Assembly (NCBI RefSeq): GCF_009834535.1
Contig: NC_045697.1
Span: 82,586,001 to 82,650,000 of the forward strand
Direction: 5' to 3'
From: Camelus ferus
Lineage: Eukaryota
Length of the DNA: 64,000 bases
In this document: piece after piece, positions 36,652-51,514 of the stretch
Layout: each line of letters begins with the position of its first letter
Position numbering within the stretch: position 1 is the stretch's first letter
The notes under the pieces: model-generated
Database searches by the model: none
Told to the model about the DNA's origin: nothing
What the model saw: only the letters and a program-made list of their open reading frames with translations
Position numbers and translations under genes: made by a program

Positions 36652-36862
36652 AGAGAGTTTCTCCACCTCAGCACTATTGATATTTTGGGCCAGATTATTC
36701 ATTGTCCGGTGCCATCCTATGCACTGTAGATGTTTGATAGCATCCCTGACTTTTCTCGCCTAGACACCAGTAGCACCATCCCCCAGGTGGGACAACCGAC
36801 AAGGTCATCAGACATTGCCAAATGCCTCTGGGTGGCAAAGTGCCCCAGATGGAACCACTACT
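36652..36862. mobile_element. MER20-like DNA transposon
   Basis: tttctccacctcagcactattgatattttgggccagat...cagacattgccaaatg...ggaaccact matches the MER20 pattern. Confidence 0.8.
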
Positions 36863-37964
36863 ATAAAACACAAGGGAGAAATATTTCAGGACCTAAAGTT
36901 TTCTTCCAGCTTCACAGAATTCAATTGTTCTGAAATACCTGAATGTTAGTGCCAATAGTTGTTTTTCTTAAGATTACCATAACCACCATTAAAAGAAAAA
37001 ATATATATAAACTGTGTGTCTCAGTGTGTTTTATTTGAAGATATTGTAGTCCCAATCCTATATTTGGAGTGACACAATTTTTTAAATCTAAAATATAGAA
37101 ACAATTTAGGATCCTGGAATTTGCCTTGTTTCTGGCTTGAAGATGGTCTTATATTTCAAGGTATGTTATATCCTTGGCAAAAGAAATACATACCAGAGAT
37201 GAAGGAGATACTCATACAGTTTTAGTGCTAACATAGCAAACAAATCCTATAATAATTCTACAAGATTAGTTTAGTTCCACAAGATTTCAGAACCAAAGAA
37301 AAGCATTGACAATGAACCTGGAATACAGAAGAGCCCTCAATATGATTTTTTAAGGCTGAAGAGAATAATAAAAATAAATTGAGTGAAAAGAATGAAAAGT
37401 GGAGAGGATGCACCTTGACTCCTGTGTCTGGAGATGAAAGTTCTCCACAAACTCCATAAGAACATAGAACACTTACCGAACACCCCCGAGTGTGACTTAA
37501 GCTTGAGTTTTAAATGTAGTATCACTTTATATCAATCTATTTAGGTTTACTCTCAATGATGAAGTCAACATGCCTAATTTCTTTGCACTCATGAGGAAAA
37601 TACAGTTTAAACCTTTATGTATCTTTGTTTAGTTCAGAGAAAGAAAGTTCGATGTAGAGTAAGAATAGAGAAATTTTGGTAGGACAGTCTGAGTTGATGT
37701 TTGAAGTCTGGGGCATCGGAAGACACTGAAATGTACTCCCTCCTCAGCCCCAGCTATTCCTTGTCCCACATGCCCAAGCATTTACAACAGGGAGAGCAGT
37801 TTTTAAACTGCATTAAAATAAGATTAAGTAGGAGGAAAAGCTGCTAAAATAGGGACATATAGGAAGAAAAATTTATGCAGAAATGGAAAGGAACAGTTTA
37901 CTCACTTTTGCCTTAGAAATAGGGTCCTCTATACAAAAAGACCATTTATTTAGAAGCATTGGGT

Positions 37965-38730
37965 TCATCTCCTACATTGTTGGTGGGAATACAAATTGGT
38001 GGAGCCACTATGGAACGCAGTATGGAGGTTCCTTAGAAAACTAAAAATGCAGTTGCTGTATGATCCAGCAATCTCACTCTTGGGCATATTCCAGAGAAAA
38101 TTATAATTTGAAAAGATACATGCACCCCAATGTTCATAGCAGCACTATTTTTTTTAGCAGCACTATTTACAGTAGCCAAGATATGGAAGCAAACTAATGT
38201 TCATCGACAGATGACTGGATAAAGATGTGGTATATTTATACAATGGAATATTAATCAGCCATATAAAGAATAAACTAATGTCATTTTCAGCAACATGGAT
38301 GGACCTAGAGATTATCATACTAAGTGAAGTAAGTCAGGCAGAGAAAGACAAATATCATGTGATATGACTTATATGTGGATCAAAAATATGACACAAATGA
38401 ACTTATTTACAAAACAGAAACAGACCCATAGACATGGAAAACAAACTTATGGTTACCAAAGAGGAAAGGGTCGGGGAGGGATAAATTGGGATTTTTGAGA
38501 TTGGCAGATACAGACCACTATATATTAAATAAATAAACAACAAGGTCTTACTGTATATCCCTGGGACCTATACACAATATCCTGTAATAAACCATAGTGG
38601 AAAAGAGTATCTGAGAAGGAATATATATACATATGTATAACTGAATCACTTTCTTGTATATCAGAACCTAAGACAATACGTAAATCAACTATACTTAAAT
38701 AAAAAAAGATTTAAAAATAAATAGATAAAA
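37965..38730 (+). mobile_element. L1 3' end (ORF2 C-terminus, 3' UTR, A-rich tail)
   Basis: [19 protein letters not shown] and TWMDLEIIILSEVSQ ORF2 C-terminal motifs. Confidence 0.92.
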
Positions 38731-41700
38731 GCAATGCATTCAGCCCAATGATAAGTTATTCTTAAAATAGATAGTGACTAGAAGCAATTAGCACATAATC
38801 TGTTGATAATGCATAATAGCATATTCCACAGAAAATGAGTGGTTTACCTGTCCTGTTTTACTGAATTATTAATATGTTACTTGTGGTAAATTTAGAGAGC
38901 AAAATAATGAAAACAATTTTGTTTCATTATGCTACTCGGGCACATTGCATGCTAACATTAGGAGTTTTTCGAGCAGAAATTTTCTTGTTGTTATCTTTGC
39001 TTTTTGATTTTTTTGTAACTCAGATATCCATTTGGAACTTGTTCTGAATAATAAGCCAGTAGAAATGAAGTCTAAACCATTGTCAAGGGTGTGTTCCTTT
39101 TCTTTATCTAACTGCTATAATATTTCCTACCATTGGCATAAATACTGTCCACGGTACTTGGCTCCAAGTCTGTATGATACAAATGGGGCAGGCACAAAAT
39201 AACTCATCCATAATTCATGTGTTCAAGCCAAGTGTTCAAGTGGCCAGACATCAACACTTACATGAAGTCTCTTCATATCTTATTAGCAGGTCATAAAATT
39301 AATACATCAATTTTCAACACCATTAAAAATAATATTCTAGACTAGAAAAAAGGAAATTATCACAGGGTATCACATTTAATGGCAATAACTGTCTTTTGCT
39401 GTTATTTTCTGAATAATAAATATTTTCTGAAACATTTTTGTGTTCTGTGTGTGTGTGTGTATGTGTAGAAACTAATTGTTCTTCCATAGGATATGGTGCA
39501 GAAGGTTTGAATACATGGCTTGGACTGAGAAAAAATACGATCGGGGTGCTTTTTGAAAGGTGGAATGGATATTGTGCAAAACAATCAGATATCCACTGTA
39601 TGATGTTTACTTATCACCTACCTATTGCTTTTATAATCTGTATGAAAGAAAAAGCTGTAACAGTTTGACAAGTATTTACTCTTTTGAAGCTTATAATCTT
39701 ACTGTTATTTTTTAAATAATTTATTCCAAAAGCAATTTGATGCTTTCCTCCTTATTAAATGAAATACTATGTATGAAACATCCAACATCTTGTTTAGATG
39801 AGCAAGGAGACTAAAAGACCAGGCAGAAATTACCAGTGTCCTCAAGGGAATGACTGCTTTTAGGAACAAGACGAAAATCTAATTACCTGCCTCAGGCCAG
39901 AGCCAGCCTGCTGTGAAAGAGGTGTGAGTCCTGAACTAAGGGCATGATTTATTCCAGAACCACAGGCATTGCTCAACCTAGGTGTACAGGTTTAAAGGGC
40001 CCAGCTGTATAGATTGGATCTCCAGGAGCAGGGATTAAGAAAGATTGTTATATCACAGAAATCAATACAGCATGCAGAACTGGACTTGTATTTGCAATAT
40101 ATAAATGGAGTTTTGCAATTTAAAAATGACTGTAAAGTTTAATGGGACTTAAGATTTTCTTTTTTGAATTATTATCAGTTCTAATATGATCTAAGATGTA
40201 TTTAACCAAGGAAATTAGTAAAGAAGTGTTTAGTGAACTCAGGAATTTAACCTTTAATCTTAGTCCCTCTCAATTTATACTTTATTTCTTAAAAGTGTCA
40301 GAAGTAAAGAAGAACATTCCTATAAGAATTTCAATTGAGTGCCAGCGCATTTGTTTCTTTAGCAGATTGTAGATAATGTGTTTCATACTTACTCTGAGCT
40401 TGTCACATATTTTTAACAAAACAAGCTAAATTACGGAACTCAAAAACTTACTAATGTTGGTTGGCAACACTGCTCACGAACTGCTCAGGAACACTGCTCC
40501 AAGAGAGGTAGAAAATTTGCAATGGGTCGGCTGAAATCATGAAGTATATTTGCAGGCTCAACATTCTCTTCTAAAATACTCTCTTATTGGGAATTATTTT
40601 AAAATAATTTTAAATATCAAACAGTGAGGAAAATTATAATCAAACAAAATCAATATACAAGAAAAGCGATGCATGAAGGTGTGAGTGGTGTTTGGAGACC
40701 AATCAGAGAAAGAAAAGGTTTTAACAATTGTGAGTTAAGTTATCATTTCAGAGACAATGACATAAAATACGCAGCCTCCCCCAGGGTCACTGTGAGATAC
40801 CAGCTAGAGCACACACTGATGTGACTTCTGCCAAAACAGACTTTTGAATAAATCCACTGTTAGAAGAATATATGGCTTATCTTTTAGAATTTTTCCAATA
40901 GGAAAAGCAGTGTGAGATAAGGAATACATGTTGGATCCTGGTTTTACCACTTTTTGTGTTTGTGATTATTAAGAAGTCTTTACATTCCCATCTGGAAAAG
41001 CAGCATAAAATACCTAAAACAATTATCAATATTATAAGGGTTATCACCATAATCATACGAAAACATGCAGCTGAAAATGCTTTGAGATCTGTAAAGCATT
41101 ATGTGAATTTAAGCTATTACTTTTTTAGATTTATATGAAGAAAATAAGTCCTGCTTTTGATGAAGTCTGACACTTTTAAGAAATAAAGTATAAATTCAGA
41201 GGGACTGAGATTAAAGGTTAAATTCCTGAGTTCACTAAACACATAAACATAAATATTATCTTCCCTGGCAGTGAGAAGTATCCAAGGAAAATTGTGGAAT
41301 GACCTTGGAGGTCAGAGTCGGTGACTGTACGGAAAAGGAAGAAGAGGTCCATGAGACAGTTCCTAATCATAAACATACGTTCTACCTTCAGTCTCAGGAT
41401 GAGCTCAGTGGAAAGGTTAGTTCAATAATCTTAATATTACTTTAGTTCCAAGAGGCAGTGGTGATAATTTTAATAAAATTTCCTGAAGGTAAAGGGTGTA
41501 CTGAACAAAGGAATTGTTTCAAAGCTCAGGAAGTACAATTAGACCAATTAGGTGCCACGATCTCCCCACATAACCAATTCCACGTAGGCTTCTGTCGCTC
41601 CCTTACTTTTGCTGGGATTTCAAGGTTTTCTCTCTGAAGACAGTAAGCAAGAGATACTCCAGTCTAGGTAACATGAAACACAGCAAGATGAACTAGGAGA

Positions 41701-41989
41701 TGATGCCAAAACATGATGACTATAGGAATTTACATACTGAGACTCAAGTGTCAGTGTCTTCTGTCCTGTGCCACTTGGCCCAAAGATTGCTGGCAGATGA
41801 GAGTTTACTTTCCCATGAGATTAGAGGATTTTTTCCCCTAAAGAAATCGAACAGCTCCAGAGGAAAGATACATAGGTACTACTATTTAGGGATTGCTCCA
41901 CAAAGTCCTGGGGTTTCTGGTCAAACACACCAGTTCCTAAGATTCGTTCATGTACAGAAAGCATCAGGCAGCTTACACTCACCTCATCA

Positions 41990-42736
41990 CTAAACGCAAA
42001 CACAAACAGGCCAAAAATGAAGATCAAATGTTTGAGAAAACTCTCCATTAGGAAATATTGTGACAAAATCAAACAAGTAAGACAGGAACACAAAGTAAAT
42101 AGAGATGATGCAGACAACAGAATAAAATGTCAAAATAGAAAGTACAGATTTTTTAAAAATATAATAACCGAAGAGTTCTTAGAAATTAAAAATAAGACAG
42201 ATAAGTTTTTTATAAAAGACCTGACTTAAAGATTGGAAGTTAAAATAAAGAAATTCTCTCAAAATAAATCTAAACTAGCATCAAAAAATAAGCAAATCAG
42301 AATATTAATCCCAAAAATTCAGTATCAAACTAATAGTTGCACTAGAAAGAATATACAGATATATAGAGGACATGGAGGGAAGAGAATCATTAATATATAA
42401 AAAATAATCTTAAGACCAAATAGGGCTTAGCCCAGTTATGGCTTAATATTTCAAAATAAATCAATGTAATTCACCATATTAACAAATCATATCATATTAA
42501 TAAACTATATGATCATCTCAATAAACCCAGAAAATTTTTTAACAAAATTCAAAATCTTTTAAAAATAAACTCTGAAAACTAGGGATAGCAGGGAATTTCT
42601 TGAAGGTCATAAAGGGTGTGTATAAAAACCAGCACTCAGTGGTGAGAGACTGAATGCTTTTTCCTAAAATTAGAAACATGTCAAAATTATCTCCTTTCAA
42701 TACTTCTATTTAACATTTTACTGGTGTTTTTAATTT

Positions 42737-42796
<60 letters not shown>

Positions 42797-44390
42797 TTCT
42801 TTCTTCCTTCCTTTTTTTTTTTTTTTTTTTGTGGAAGAGGGAGGTAATTAGATTTATTTATTTATTTATTTTAGAAGAGGTACTGGGGATTGAACCCAGG
42901 ACCTCATGCATGCTAAGCGTGTGCACTACCACTTGAGCTATACTCTCCCCCTTTACTAGTGTTTTTAGACAGCACAGTAAGGTAAGAATTAGAATCAAAA
43001 TCCCAGTAACATTTTTTTATAAAAATATAAAAATTTCCTAAAATTCATATGTCCCCACAGAAAATCCCAAATATCTAAAACAATCCTGAGAAAGAACAAA
43101 GGTGGTGTTATCACACTTTATGATTTCAAAATATATAAAAAAGGTATAGCAATCAAAACCATATGGTACTAAATGATAAATAAAGACAGACATATGGACC
43201 AATGGAACAAAAAAGAGAGCCCAGAAATAAACCTATGCATTTAAGATCACCTGCTCTTTGACAAGAGAGCCAGGAATACAACGGAGTATTCTTGGTTATC
43301 ATCAGCTAACAATGTGGAAAGGATCATCTCTTCAACAAATGGTGCTGCGAAAAGTGGATAGCCACATGCAAAAGAGTGAAATTTGACCCTCATTTTACAC
43401 CTACACAAATATTAGCTCAAAATGGACTAAAGACTTAAATGTAAGATCTGAAACTGCAAAACTCATGGAAGAAAACAGGTGGTAAACTCCTTGACATTGG
43501 TCTTGGGGATGACTTCTTGAATATGACACTAAAAGCACAGGCAACAAAAGCAAAAACTGGCAAGTGGAGCGAAATAAACTAAAGGGCTTCTGCATAGCCC
43601 CAAAGCCCCAGTCAATAAAATGAAAAGGCAACCTACAGAGTGAGAGAAAATATTTGCAGATCCTATACCTGTTAGGGACTAATATCTAAAATACATATCA
43701 AACTCCTGCAACTCAATAGTAGAAAAAAAAAACCAGATTAAAAAATGGTCAATAGACTCAGACATTTCTCCAAAGGAAACATACACATGACTAACAAGTG
43801 TATGATAAGGTGCTCAGTATCACTAACCATCAGGGAAACAAGTATCAAAACCACAATAATGAGGTATCACCTCACACTTGTTAGGACGGCTATTACTAAA
43901 ACCAACAAAAACATAGCACGAGTTGGTGAGAATGAATACGCCTATATTTGTAGACAATATGATTTTTTTAATGTACAAAACTTGATGGCATCTACAAAAA
44001 AGCTACCTGAACTAAAAACGGAGTTTTACAAGGTTGCAGGATAGAAGATCAATAATTCTGTAGACTTTCTATATAGTAGCTACAAACAATAAGAACTTTG
44101 AAATTTAAAAACATCACCATTAAAATACTGACTATGACAAAAGTTTTCCAAGAACTGTACACTAACATCTACAAAACATTGTTGATACAGATTAAAGACC
44201 TAAAAGGAGGGAGGGAGATACCTTATTCATGGGTCCAAGGGACCACTATTGTTTAATGTCTCTTCCCCTAGATTTGATCTAGAGAATCAATGAAATCTCA
44301 AAGTCCAGTATATTTTTTGTAGAAATTAAGTTTATTCAAATTTTCATAATGAAATGCCCAGTAGGTAGAATAGCAGGAAAAAACAACACT
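41990..44390 (+). mobile_element. Composite degraded L1 fragments; a distal ORF2 piece (~43000-43935) lies between upstream RT-region pieces
   Basis: INVIHHINK / YMIISI motifs at ~42460-42530; SLFNKWC, MRYHLT at 43325-43880; STKKL.EL..EF.KVAG at ~43990-44040. Confidence 0.8.
42734..42952 (-). mobile_element. tRNA-derived SINE with expanded (TTTC)n tail
   Basis: On the minus strand, A box TAGCTCAAGTGG and B box GGTTCAATCC; TSD tttact(g/a)gtgttttta on both sides. Confidence 0.9.
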
Positions 44391-45054
44391 AGGAGGAAAT
44401 CTTCCTTTTATTGAAATCGTCTACCATCCTCTTTCTTGCAGAGGTCTGACGGTGAGGAGGAGGGGCTGCAGCAAACCTCTCCTCTGGAAAAGGTTTACCT
44501 CAAATCTCTCTCAGCCAAGGCTTCCCTGCTTCCCTGATTACACTCTCCTAGATCCCCCATCAATCCCCATCACAACAGTCAGGCGCTGCATACCCCAAGG
44601 CAACAACAAGAACTCGGAGCAGCTTTCCAACTGCCTCACTGTTTTCTAATGCACCACCTGCCCCAGGCTGCAGCTACCCACAGCCCAACATGCAACACAT
44701 CAAACATTTTTTTTTTTCTTCAGCGTTGTCTCACAGCTTTCTCTAATTTGTTCTCTCTAGTCCCTCAAACGTAGACCATGTAGGAGGGAGCCAGTTTAAA
44801 TTCAGCATCTTGTAAGAAACTTAAAAGGATGTTAAGGAGATTATTTTATCCCCAGAGTTATTTATAGCCTTGGCAGGATGTGATTCCCAAGCTGTCTGGA
44901 CCACCTTGCCTGACTGGGTAAACTAAAACTGTCTGCATCAGAACGGAGTGAGGGTAGCATGGCAGAAACACTGCTGGAGCATTAAGATGTGTGTGTGCCT
45001 GTCTGTGCCTGTACGTATCTGTGTGTGCATGCATGTGAGAGAGAGAGAGAGAGG

Positions 45055-45085
<31 letters not shown>

Positions 45086-45904
45086 TATCAATGGCATGTT
45101 TGTGAATCTGAATGTTGTGCCTAATGCATCCCTGGAAGTCCCAGCTAACGAGACAATAAACATCCTTCCCATTTGCTTGCTAGTTTGAGTTGGATTTCTT
45201 CTAATCCTGGTAACAAAAGAGTTTTATTTAACAGGCAAGACAATTCTGGATGGGTCCAGTATTGGAGTGCTGTTTGTGATACTTTTCAAATTGTAAGCAC
45301 AAGGTCACTATCAACTCTGCCTCTCTATAAGCCTGTTCCTGCCTGAGATCCAAATGACATACTTTGAAAATTCTTGACGGAGCCATGCCACACAGCCTCA
45401 AGAGCATCTGAAAACACCGAGTGAATAATTAACGACTCAAATTAAAAATTAGGATACATTTCATTATTTTATGTTTATTAGCATGCAAAAAATGTTAGTA
45501 CTATTTCTCAGGTATTAGGTTTTTGTTCTGATGATATAAACTACGTTAAAGTGATTGAATAAAATTTGAGGAAGTAGCAATATGTTCATAAATTCATAAA
45601 TAAGGAAGCAATATTATAGTGTGTTGGACATCAACACTTAAGTAATCCCGCTATACCCGTTCTCTTCCCACCACAGCTGGGGTACGTGCCCAGGTTGCCA
45701 AAGGGGAAGCCGTGGAAATGCACAAGCTGTGCCACATGCAGTGCCCCTCACTGCACTTACTTCATTTTCCGACATTCTGGAGCCAGCAGCTCAGAACACA
45801 ATGTCGTGCAGAATGGGGTTTACATTTCAGCGAAAGGGGAAACTTAGCAGATGATGAACTTCTATAGTTCCTTTATCTGGTGCCATTGACAGAGAAGCAA
45901 ATCT

Positions 45905-46256
45905 GTTTTTTTTAATTGAAATATAGTTGATTTATAAGGTTGTGTTGGTCTCTGGTGTACAGCATAATGATTCAAATATACATATATATATATTATTTTT
46001 CATTATAAGTTATTACAAGATACTGAATATGGTTCCCTGTGTTATACAGTAGGACCTTGTTGTTTATCTATTTCATATATAGTAGTTTGTTATCTGCTAG
46101 CCCCAAACTCCTGATTTATTCTTACCCACTTTTTCCCTTTGGTAACCGTAAGTTTGTTTTCTATGCCTGTGAGTCTGTTTCTGTTTTGTAAATATGTTCA
46201 TATTACCTACATGTGGGATCTAAAAAAATGACACAAAAGGACATAATTACAAAACA
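45905..46256 (-). mobile_element. L1 3' fragment, antisense, with short inverted 5' piece
   Basis: Poly-T at ~45906 followed by the reverse complement of the L1 tail; 46201-46256 is sense-oriented upstream L1 sequence. Confidence 0.8.
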
Positions 46257-49200
46257 GCTACAGTGTACTCTTTTTCTCTTGCACTATTTTCTTTGAACTC
46301 AGGGCCTTGTAAAACTTACTAAATCAGCCGATTTGGGGCACAAGATTTTATACCAAATTACTATTGTTCTTGTCCTTTCTTATGAGTTACAGAATTTTCC
46401 CACAGGTATCCCCATCTCCCCACCCCTTGGTTGGCCTGTGTTTGAACAGAAACAGTGAGTCTTTCCAGGGCAGAGGCTTGTATGAAATGTAAGACTAGCT
46501 GCTGAGCTTAACCCTGTAGTTATGAAGCTGAAGGGAACACAGATGTTGTCTAAGTGATGTTCTCTCACTGCGCTTGAAAAGAGTTCCCATTCAAATCTTT
46601 ACTTTCTTTGACAGAATCTTACACAGACAGACCTAGTGCATATATGCTGCTCCCAAACACCACTTACAAATTGACACCATTATTTGCCTGCTTCATAACT
46701 GACTTCAGGCAAACAGTTAAACAGTAACACAGAGTACACACACCCCAATAGCATAAACTATTAAACCCAGTTTAGCTAACGGTAGAAGCTCTGATAACAT
46801 GCTAGGAAGAACAGGAGAGGGGATACTAATTTAGGAGACTGACTTAGTGTGTTGATTCATGCAAGGCAAAGATATTGTGATAAAACACTGTCTCTGCTTG
46901 AGTGTATGCTTAGCTCAGGACTATTAGATTAGACAACAAGAAATATTAGATTGATTTTCTTAAAACAGGCCTGATATTAATTCCTTTGTTTCATATAGCT
47001 CTCTGGCAGGCAAACACTGCAAGACCTTGCACTGGCGACGCCTAATAAAAGCTATTCAGTAATAACAGCAAAGTGCGACTTGAATGGACAGGGATTTTGT
47101 GCTCACAAAATCTATATGAAGGCACCCAAAACACACACTGCGCCTGAGAAGTGTCTGACACGCAAAGAGACTTTAAGACAAGCCCTCTCGTCTCCCTCCC
47201 TCAGGCAGCAGACTCTGCAGCCACTGGAGCGGCCATCCATGCTACTGGGTTTTGCAGAGAAGTGTTTTCTGCCCCCGTGCCCCACATTTACTCACAAAAA
47301 GGTAGTGCATCCTTACAAAAGATCTTGTCCTCAACACAGTGAGATTATTTTGGTATCTAGAGGAAGGATCCCCCCAAAAGTTTATGTTAAGCAATTTTTG
47401 TAAATTTTTGCCACAATGAAGAAACTTACATGACAGGGGTTTTCTTCAGTTTCTAAGCAGGTGAGAATCTCTTAACAATAAGATGAAAACATAGTATAAA
47501 ATAAGTGGTATTTCCAAACAGACTCAAATAACCACCAATTTGCCCAGAAAGAACCCATTCCATCTGGGTTCTGAGTCTTGCTGACACGTGCCCCTCATCC
47601 TTTGAGCATCTCCCTGCTTTTTAATATAGTAAAGTCTTTTGAACACAGATTATACTTGGAGTGTTGCTTTTCCTATGTCTTTTCAATGGAGAGAGTGAAG
47701 GAATATTTTTATCTATCCGTTTATAAGTAAATAAACATATAAGTAAAATATTTACATATTCTTTTTTTCCCCCTCTCCTTATGTGTAACTCCCTTCCCCC
47801 CAAATGAGAAAGAAATCTACTTCTGTTATCCTAATTGTTTAATTCATCTGATCAATAGTCTTGACTATAACCAAGCTCCCATCTCTGCCACAAACCCCTT
47901 CCCTGGCCTGGATAGACTCCTCCCCTTTCCTGGGCAGGCCACACCCATCCCTGACCTAGAAGGACACCTCACTGCTGCTTGGGCTCCAACTTCCCATGCC
48001 AGTCCAGCCCCTTATATATGATCCTTTCCTCATCTTCCATAGGTCCTGGATTCTCCCATCACAGACACCTGCCTTGCTGTTCTCCACCAAAAGGCTTTAG
48101 AGGTGAAATGCAGGGAAAGAAAAGGAACATAAACTGATAAATAAAGCATTCAAACAACCAGTGAGATAATTGGTTATAGCAGTCCTGGAAAACCCATATG
48201 GTACTCAAGGTCTCTACTGGGCAAGAAACTAGACCAATGGTGAGTGAACTTTCCTCAACTTTCTGGACGATTTTTTCTTCTTCGCTGAGCCCCTGTTGAG
48301 AACAGCAGAGACTGACAGCACTGATTCCTGGAGAGCGCTTCGAGATGTGGCGGAATAACAGGAGTAACAGTTCTGCCTGGAGTGCGTAAGCAACAGAGAG
48401 GAGTGACAATCAGAAAAAGAAAGTTTATTCTTACCACTGCCCCTCTCTGAAATCTGAAGATTATGGCTTTGGGACACTTTGGAGCCAACAGTCTTGGTGA
48501 CTTCACCTGGTGGGGGCCATCAGGACTGGCAGCAGTGAGGCTCCCTCAAGTACACTTGGGAGCCAGAGATACCGCCCAGGGAGGCCAGAGCAGGAGAGGA
48601 AGGTCAGAGTGGACATTTCAAGTATATATTTAATGAAGGTTGAGAGCCCACGTGGGCCATCCCCAGGAAGGACAGGAATCCTCAGACACAGACACCAGAG
48701 GAGGCTGGAGAATGTCCCCAGACAGATGGGGACAAAAGCAAGTCATTCAAGTTATTATTAAAGTGACTCTCATTTGCCTCCAGAGCCTATGAGTCCTAAG
48801 AACAATGAGTTTACTATTATTTAATTCTGACTACAAATTAATGACAATCAGGATCTGACATTTGACATTTAGTTTGGCCAAGACTCCTTACAACTTACCT
48901 CCATTGTTCCTTATTAGAATTATTTATTCATTCATTCTCCAACAATTAGTATTTATTCACCTTTTAGCAACAAATATTTAAAAGGTGTTACAAAAAACTA
49001 CACTGTCTCCACTTACAGTGGTTTCCAGTAGGAACCCACCAAGCCTATTGATAACTTTGATATGATACACTATTGCAAAATGTTTGATGGCTATATAGAG
49101 TTAAAAATTTGTACAGAGAAATAGAAACTTAAATCAGCTTGGGGTAGAAGCCTCCCACAGGAGGTAAAACCTAAGTCATGAAGGAGTACCAGATGATTTC

Positions 49201-49423
49201 CACATTGTGAGAGAGAAGGGGAAGATCCCAGACAGAGGGAACAGTACATACAAGATTTGTTAGTGAACTGCAAATAATTTAAAACTTCTTCAGCACTTAG
49301 TATGAGAGGCATGTGGTAAAAGATGAAATGGAAATAGTATTTGGGGTACATGCAATAAAATTATCTTTAAGTATGTTATGCACTTTATTATGAGAAATCA
49401 CTGAAAATCTAAGAGTAAAAGAT

Positions 49424-49719
49424 ACTATGTCTGAGAGTCTGTTTCTGTTTTGTAGATGAGTTCATCATACTTGCAGACATAGTAAACAATCTTATGGTTA
49501 CTGGGGGAAAATTGGTGGGAAGGGATAAAATTTGCAAATGTTAGCCACTATATATAAAAATAGATAAAAAAATTCTTCTGTAGCACAGGGAACTATATTC
49601 AATATTTTGTAATAACTTTTAATGGAAAAGAATATGAAAACAAATATATGCATGACTGGGACATTGTGCTGTACACCAGAAATTGATACAATGTAACCAA
49701 ACATACTTCAATTAAAAAA
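49424..49719 (+). mobile_element. L1 3' fragment with 5' inversion
   Basis: 49424-49465 is the reverse complement of L1 sequence normally just upstream of the sense piece at 49469-49719. Confidence 0.85.
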
Positions 49720-51019
49720 GAGTACAAAGGGATATATAATGAAAAGTAAAAATATCCTGTCCTTATATAAACCACTGTCAACAGATTATTGTCTGTCCTT
49801 CCCAAAGTTATCAGTACGTATAAAGGCATATGATTTTTGCAAAAATGAGTCCCAACTAAATGTTCTTCCACTTGCTTTTTTGTAATGTGTATACTTTAAG
49901 CTGATATTAAAAAGGCATAGCAAGACAGTGTCCACCCTGTTACAGTACGACATTTCACAGCATCATATTATTTTCTTTTGTTCTTGACTATAACATAAAG
50001 TGCCTGTAAAATGACCTTTTGTTTTGGTATGTATGGCAGGAGCACAAGAGTTTTATAATAAACAATATCTCACAAAAAAGAGTAAAGGATAGGTAAAACT
50101 AGATTTGTAAAGTCTAAAACATTACTGGGATTATGCATCATAACATAACAAATGTAATCACACATGAATGCTCCCAAAGATTCTTTGACCTAGCTTTCCA
50201 TTTCTCTTCTTACTCTCTTGGACCTCTCACTTTGCTTGGATCTACCTTGAATGCCCAGTGCAAATGTCTCATGAAAAAACTCCTTAGAGGTAAGATGAAA
50301 AAAATCCATGAAATGAAACCTACAAGGGCATGTTAGAATCAGGTACTCTCATACAACTGCAGATGTTCTTATTTTTTAAGTACACTAAAAAAACCCATCT
50401 GGAATCTGCTGCTTGAGAGACATATTTAGAAACAGAAGACTGTTTCTCTATATTACTCCAGTGCATTTAACATCCAAGTTAAGATTAACTATTCAATGAT
50501 TCACATTTTGGCATTTCTTTACTTTCTTTACCTCTTAATAAAGACATATGCTTTACTAAGTCCCAGGTCTGGCCTTTTTTTTGTTTGTTTCCCTTCTAGC
50601 TCTTTTTCTCCTCTTTGGAGATATAATGCCCTAAAGAATCCTTGCATGAAGACATTTTATTCTTTACAGAGGAGAGTTTTTAAGCACTAAACAGTGTACC
50701 TGTATCACATTGAATTCTCTAGTGTCAATCTTGTTGGCACTTACCATGTGGCATCAGCCCAAACACCAAGAGCCCCAGGATTCTCTGAAGAGAAGACTGG
50801 AAACTGTTATTCTCTGACCCTCAACGTTTGGACTGTGGCTGTCACTCACCATGAAGTGGGCACCTTTTTTCACTCGAGAATTAGTAAATAAGATGTTCAG
50901 TGTATTATACTACCCCCCAAAGTGTGGATATATATCCAAATTGTAAATTATAAAATAATATTATTTACAATATCTGGGGGGTAAAAATTGTTGTCCCAAG
51001 TGATATTACAATTCAAAAA

Positions 51020-51192
51020 GGACCTATGTGATTGGATTGGTCTCATATGGACAACAAGGATAATCTCTCCATTTCAAGGTCCTTGACAACCACATCTACG
51101 AAGTCCCTTTCGCCATGTATAGGGAAACATAGTCTCAGGTTCTAGGGATGAGGATGTGGATAATTTGGGGACCACTATTCTGCCTATCACAT
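51020..51192 (-). mobile_element. MaLR (MLT1-type) LTR fragment
   Basis: gataatctctccatttcaaggtcctt...aagtccctttcgccatgta...caggttctagggatgagga...attctgcctatcaca. Confidence 0.7.
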
Positions 51193-51240
51193 TTAGGGTG
51201 TTTTTTGTTTTTGTACCTTCAGAGAGATAAATTGGTATGA

Positions 51241-51276
<36 letters not shown>

Positions 51277-51514
51277 AATTATTCAAACAAGATTCGACTA
51301 AGACTTGTGGAATTTCCCTCAGCACTTCACATTAGATAATTTTTAGATTTCCTATATGTAAAGTAAGAAATAGGTCCTTTTTTGCTTCCGTTACATAATA
51401 ATATTTTAAATATTCACACAAAGATCTTAATAATGCATTCTCACAAATTATTGTGTTTTTACAATATATTATGTTATTAATTATCTATTAATGTGAAGAG
51501 GTCGAATGTAAGCA

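Noticed and set aside
42860..42952. tRNA-like A and B boxes (also at ~54050 and ~62510)
   Set aside because: They have SINE tails and TSDs, so they are retroposed SINEs, not tRNA genes.
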